A stretch of DNA of 57,078 nt, counting the filler, from Bipalium vagum (Eukaryota), in NCBI GenBank assembly GCA_037834085.1. It is 3 parts of 3 records of this genome, joined end to end, with 100 filler letters (N's around TTAATTAATTAA, not from the genome) between each part and the next. Parts side by side here need not be neighbours in the genome. Positions count along the whole stretch, not along the records: positions 40,055 to 57,078 come from JBBMKC010082025.1; 2 more parts are not named here. The stretch is one strand, 5' to 3'. Made by a program: the position numbers and the translations under genes. Below, one piece after another: positions 51,691 to 57,078 of the stretch. Position 1 is the stretch's first letter; the number at the start of each line of letters is the position of its first letter. The notes beneath the pieces are model-generated. The model had not been told where the DNA came from and did not search any database. It saw only the letters and a program-made list of their open reading frames with translations.

Positions 51691-52726
51691 CGTTTGTTCA
51701 TAAAAATTCTCCATATTTGTGTAATTGGAGTTATATGGAGAGGGAGATAAATAGAGGTCTTGTATACGAAACAAGTAGCATATTCGAAAATGTTGGAATT
51801 ATTTGCGCAAAGATATTAGAGGGTATATTATAATTAAAATAATTATCGATTTTAATAGAAATATAACATTAAATAAAATTTAAACCTGTTCAAAAATGTT
51901 GAACACATCCTCAGTAAATTTTAATTATGTTGAAAGAAGTCAAATAAAAATAACATTATCTTGCTTCGTGATTCCTCGAACAATTTGAATTGTGTACTTT
52001 GAATTTTGTTAGTTGTAACTAAACATTATAACGATTGAATATAAAAGAGCTAAATCAAGGATCCAATAAAATTTTTTTTTATCGGAAAAAATTTCTGGAA
52101 TATACATTGATCGAAAACTGCGTCCCATTTGGGAGTACTGTCACTTATGGTTGGCCCTTTTCTCATATCTTTCCAAAAATTTAGCTAATTTCTAGTGAAA
52201 CTTTTCACCCACTCACACTATATTGTAACTGCCGTCCCTTCTTACATAATTAACAACATATTTGTCACTTTTACGAAACACCATTAATGAAAATTTATTT
52301 AATATTTAAATGCAAAAGCAACTAAAGGGTTCCATAGTTGAATTACTGTGAAAACGTTAAACAAACTTTTTATATTAAAATAAATATGGAAAGAAATAAC
52401 AGAGAAAATTGATTTTAAGTAATATTTTTTAGAAATCTTGTCATTAAGAATTTCACGTATTTCATAAAATTATCTTTTAATAAAAGTTCTGAAGTTTCTT
52501 TGAAAAATCTGAAGCTAATATTAAGCTTCCAGGACTTCTAATAATCTCTCACAATATCACTAAAATACACCGAAACTTTTGTCATTATCAAAGATTCACC
52601 AAATTTGTATTAGGAAATCATACATTTAATCTAGACTTTTGTCAATATCAATTAAGAAATACCTACTTTATGTACTAGGGAAAATTCATTTTCTTAATTG
52701 CGTTAAAATGATAAAATGTATATTTT

Positions 52727-52728
<2 letters not shown>

Positions 52729-52794
<66 letters not shown>

Positions 52795-52795
52795 A
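52729..52795. repeat. (AAT)n switching to (ATT)n inverted microsatellite
   Basis: AATAAT...AATATTATTATT, self-complementary around ~52772. Confidence 0.85.
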
Positions 52796-53529
52796 TAAAA
52801 ATCCTAATGTAAGTATTATTAAATATTATAAATCCTGTTCATTTTAATAACATTAATTAACGTTTTATTTAATTATTTTATATTTCATTTTCGTAATTTA
52901 AATGCCGAGAAAGAAATTACAGGCCATGTCCATATATAAATTATTATCCACGAATGATAGGTCTAAAATATAAAGTATTCATTAAACCTAAGATAAATAA
53001 GAATAGCGATATGAATTTTTCCTAATTTTTTAATCCCACATTAAAATTATATATACATTTTGTGTTTACTTTGTATTTATCAAAACAAAAAATTCAAATT
53101 TCTAAAACAATTTAAGCATTGACCTGGTTACACAAATTTTTACAAACCAATGAAAACGTTTACGTTTCCCCGCGATTGGTCTAAGAAATGTGTATTCAAA
53201 TAAAATTTTGTGGTCTAGTTCGATAAAATTTTTCCTACGTCATTTTATGATCTTTTATTTCAAGATCGCTTTTGTCCAAAAGTATGTAAACGGTATTATC
53301 ATAATGAACTTAATCAAAATAATAATTAATTTTTCAAGATGCCTTGGTATCATTTCAAATTCCGGAAATTTTATATTTATGAAGAAACATGTCTTAAATT
53401 CTTATAAAATAGGAATATTTTGGAAAATGAAGTACCCTGCGAGTTATGTCAAAAGTCTCTATAGAATCGATTAATCCAAGTTTTACGGATATTTCTTAAT
53501 CGAACATGTGAATAAAAATCCTTTTCAGT

Positions 53530-53760
53530 TAAGAAAATTCTATTTTTTTGGACACACTCTCTTAGTCAAAAATTCCATATCTGTGGCTGACGAAAAGGAC
53601 TGCATCAAGCATTATTATAAATACTGGTTGCAGTTCAGATATCATTTTTAAATAAGTGAAATTATACTGAATACAATAGAACCCAATGATGAAAGGATAG
53701 GTGGAGATGACTTCATCGTTAACAAAGATGAAAGAAAGTATTAGAAAGCAAGATTAGAAA
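53530..53760 (+). mobile_element. Merlin-like N-terminal remnant
   Basis: ERIGGDDFIVNKDERK (cf. KIGGxGxIVEIDESK). Confidence 0.5.
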
Positions 53761-54169
53761 GTATTAAGAAAAGTTTTACTTTAATTCGTCAGGTACATTT
53801 TTATGCATTAGAAAGAACATAGGATATCATAAGACTACAGATTAAGTCACAATCGCATTTATGAGAACAATGCGATTATATGAATTTATAGTTAGATGAT
53901 TACACAAAAATAAAAAAAGGGAACTCTTTTTAATAAAAATAAACATGGACCAATTTGATAGAAGTAATATTTGAAATGAACATAATTATTGTTAGTTACA
54001 TTAACATTGGTTGACAAGTTATCAAGACTCATTCTCAAATTATTCATTTTAATAAAAAAATTATACAAACAACTAATTAATTAGTTTAAATAATAAATTA
54101 ATTAAACAAATTAAAATTATTTTAAACTTTCTAATCCTCATAATTATTTTTATAAATTATAATAAATTG

Positions 54170-54933
54170 CTATTTTTACCTTTTATTACTGTTGGCAGTT
54201 ATTGATTCTATATAAAATATTTCTGCAATTAAATTGACATAAAATCGATTTATTATCTTCTCTTCGCTTACTAAAATAATCGTGGGTAATAATTAGCAGT
54301 AACACTAAGCAAAACTGCTATCGTGACAATGAAGTTATTATCAGATGATGTAACTGCTATCGTGACAATGAAGTTATTATCAGATGATGTAAGTACTTTT
54401 AATACAAATGACTTGAACTTTAATTTTGAAATCAATATTAATATTGATCGAGCTATAGTGTAGGTGTAACCATTAGACTATGGAAATATTGTAGCACCTA
54501 TTCTAGAAAATAAGGTTAAGACTGCTAAAAATGTGTCTGATGACAATGATTCAGAATCAGAAACTTCTACAAAAATATCAGCAAACTAGTAGTTTTAGAA
54601 TCTTTAGAAAATATTCAAACATCTTTGTCAAAGAGTAAATTATCGGATTTAAAACACTTTAATCAAATAGAAAATAAAATTCGTCAAGCGATTTTGAAAA
54701 ATGCCACGAAAACGCACCAGTTAACATTTGATACGTAGTTTCAGGTGTCTTAATAAAATTTACTTTTATAATCTTTCTTCTGAGTATCAGTTAGTATCAA
54801 AAACATAACAATAACCTTATATCGGTTATTATTCCAAAACATGATATTAACTGTTGTCCTGTTAATATCATAACCCGCTTTTTATCATTGTTTTCTGTGA
54901 AACGAATGACATGATATTAAACGGGTTCCACTG
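54170..54933 (+). mobile_element. pogo/Tigger 3' fragment
   Basis: Acidic C-terminal translation (VSDDNDSESE...HQLTFDT); terminus GATATTAAACGGGTTCCACTG|TA. Confidence 0.7.
54313..54390. repeat. Perfect 39-bp tandem duplication
   Basis: AACTGCTATCGTGACAATGAAGTTATTATCAGATGATGT twice. Confidence 0.95.
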
Positions 54934-56272
54934 TATTATAATATTAATATAAATAGTATTATAAATAATAATATTATTATTACTTAGACTTTTTTATATC
55001 AATTTATAAAATAAATCGCTGATACTAATTCATTACCTATTAATAACTCATCGAAATAATACTTGAAAATAGTTTAATTGTGTACATTATCAAATTAGAT
55101 TTTAAAAAACATCGAATCTTAGCCTGAAACTTTTTCCACATCTGCTAATGTAATTTACGAAATAAAAATTTTACTTGATGAACAATGTTAAAAGCAGAAC
55201 CTGTGAGAATTATTTAAGTAAAGGAATTTTATCTCACGCGTGTTATATACATTAGAAGTTTCTTTTTCTCTCTATAAATGGTATACAAACTTCAAAAGTC
55301 ACTTTTTTTTATAAATTATTAATAAATATCCTAGTAATAAAATTGATAAAGTTTTAGAAAAAAAATTAATAATATTGTGCATATATTCAGAATTATATCT
55401 GTAAATCATTCGCTTCAATAAAACAAAAATTTGTTTTAACACTATTTTCAACCTATCACGTAATGATATTAACTTATTTATTCTTGTTTTAATGTCTATG
55501 TAAAAATAAAAAATAAAGTAAATATAAAGTCGGCAATTATCATTACTATCACTACTATCCTTAAAATAGTAGTAGAAAATAAATCCAATGTGACTTATTG
55601 GATTAGTGACTGCAATTATGAACAGTTAAAAGAAGATCCAACTTTATGATATTATTACTATTATTAAGAGAAATTCTAATTATCAATAATCACAGATTTT
55701 ATAATTAAATTTGATCATAAAACTCTGTCTTATTAGGGATTCTTTCTGTTGTCAGTACCTTTTAAATATTGTATGAAAATATTATTGAACCTTTTTGAAT
55801 TGTCCAAAAAAATTTATGCTTCAAAAGTTTTGCAACGCTTATTATTAATAAAGTTGTCTGATATTTCTATTTAATTACCGGATATCCGCGATTGATAACA
55901 AGCTCTCAATCTGTGAACCTTTGAAATCGGTTCCGAAACCGAACAGACAAGGGGGAAAAGTGACAAACTAAGAATCGGAAATGCCCAAAGTTTTCTCAAC
56001 GAGAAATGTCAAAAACTTTGGAATTAAGATTCCTATCTAATGATGATAGACATGTAAAAAACCCTTTGATTAAACATGTCGTGTATAGAATAGTGTTTAA
56101 AAGCTGTAGCCAATACTGATGAATGACAAACATTGTGATATGGTCAAAGTGGAAAAACATGAGTTTGGAATGCTGTTAAAACATTTATATTTTGAGATTT
56201 ACAATGATAACTGAAACAAAAGCAGAGCCTTATAAATATTATGAAAATTCTTCTGCTTCAATTATAATGATT

Positions 56273-57078
56273 TATAGGTTGCGTGAAAAGTTCTGAAAGC
56301 GAAAAAGAAAAAACGTAAATTTTTCATTTAAATTCATATTATTATATAACATAGTCTCCTAGCAATTTAACACATTTAGTCCAGTTGCTCTCCAACAATT
56401 CTATGCCATGTTTGAAGTGAGATTCCGGAAGGTTTGCAAAATACTGGTCTACGGATGCCATAGCTTCTTCATTTGATTTTAAATGCTTTCCACGGAGAAA
56501 TTTCTTTAGGTTTCTGAAAAGGTAGAAGTTGCTAGGAGCCAAATCTGGTGAATAAGGTGGTTGTTCAAGTAAATAATAAATTATTTCTTTGAATTTTTCC
56601 ATTGACATTACACTTGTGTGAGCACGTGCATTATCTTGATTAAAAATTATTTTTTTCTTCTGTAAACCAGGCCTTTTTTGGCGAATCTGTCAATCCAACT
56701 GGTCTAAAAGACATGTGCAGTATTCGGAATTAATAGTTTTGCCCTTTTCAAGGTAATCTATCAACAGAATACCCTTGGAATCCCAAAAAACTGATGTCAT
56801 TACCTTTTTGCCGTTTGTTCCCTTTTCAGTTGCTTTTGACATGAACAACCAGCTTCAACCCACCGCAGACGTTCTCGTTTCAACTTTGGATCATGGTGGT
56901 GTTCACAAGTTTGCTTCTTAAACAGCTTTTGTTGAACAGTTAACGAATGAGGCACCACTTTTCCAAATACTTTTTTCATATTCAATTTTTCTTTTAAAAT
57001 GTACCGAACTCGTTCATCTGAGATGCCCATGATTTCAGCAATTTCACGCGTACTAACACTTGCATCTTTATGTACCAT
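56273..57078 (-). mobile_element. Mariner element, least decayed in window, 5' part beyond window edge
   Basis: KKVFGKVVPH, VFWDSKGILLIDYL, NQDNARAH, PPYSPDLAPSNFYLF; has a frameshift, an in-frame TGA and lacks the first catalytic TGDE motif. Confidence 0.93.

Overview
Very AT-rich eukaryotic (animal) genomic DNA with short 43-54 nt GT-AG introns and dense transposon debris. A planarian/flatworm-like source is plausible but is inference only. The window is three segments joined by two artificial 100-bp spacers (N44-TTAATTAATTAA-N44). Four host genes can be read by hand: a spliced C2/MNNL+DSL Notch-ligand-like gene with no visible transmembrane segment (minus, 11525-14076), a 3-exon TFIIA-gamma gene with a C-terminal extension (minus, 18013-18540), a single-exon secreted Cys-containing protein resembling a degenerate noggin/trunk/PTTH-type cystine knot (minus, 22788-23234), and the extracellular-domain exons of a Cys-less pentameric ligand-gated ion channel (plus, ~29975/34545-37782). 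The rest is decayed Tc1/mariner, pogo/Tigger, Merlin, piggyBac, hAT, Chapaev-like, LINE and Gypsy fragments. The most striking structure is a miniature LTR retroelement (TRIM) at 1729-2058. Its 115-bp LTR contains a tRNA-Ala(CGC)-derived Pol III unit, it has an 18-nt tRNA-Arg-type primer binding site and a polypurine tract, and two solo LTRs with 5-bp target duplications lie elsewhere in the window. All calls are by eye; no searches were run and transposon remnant boundaries are approximate unless termini are quoted.
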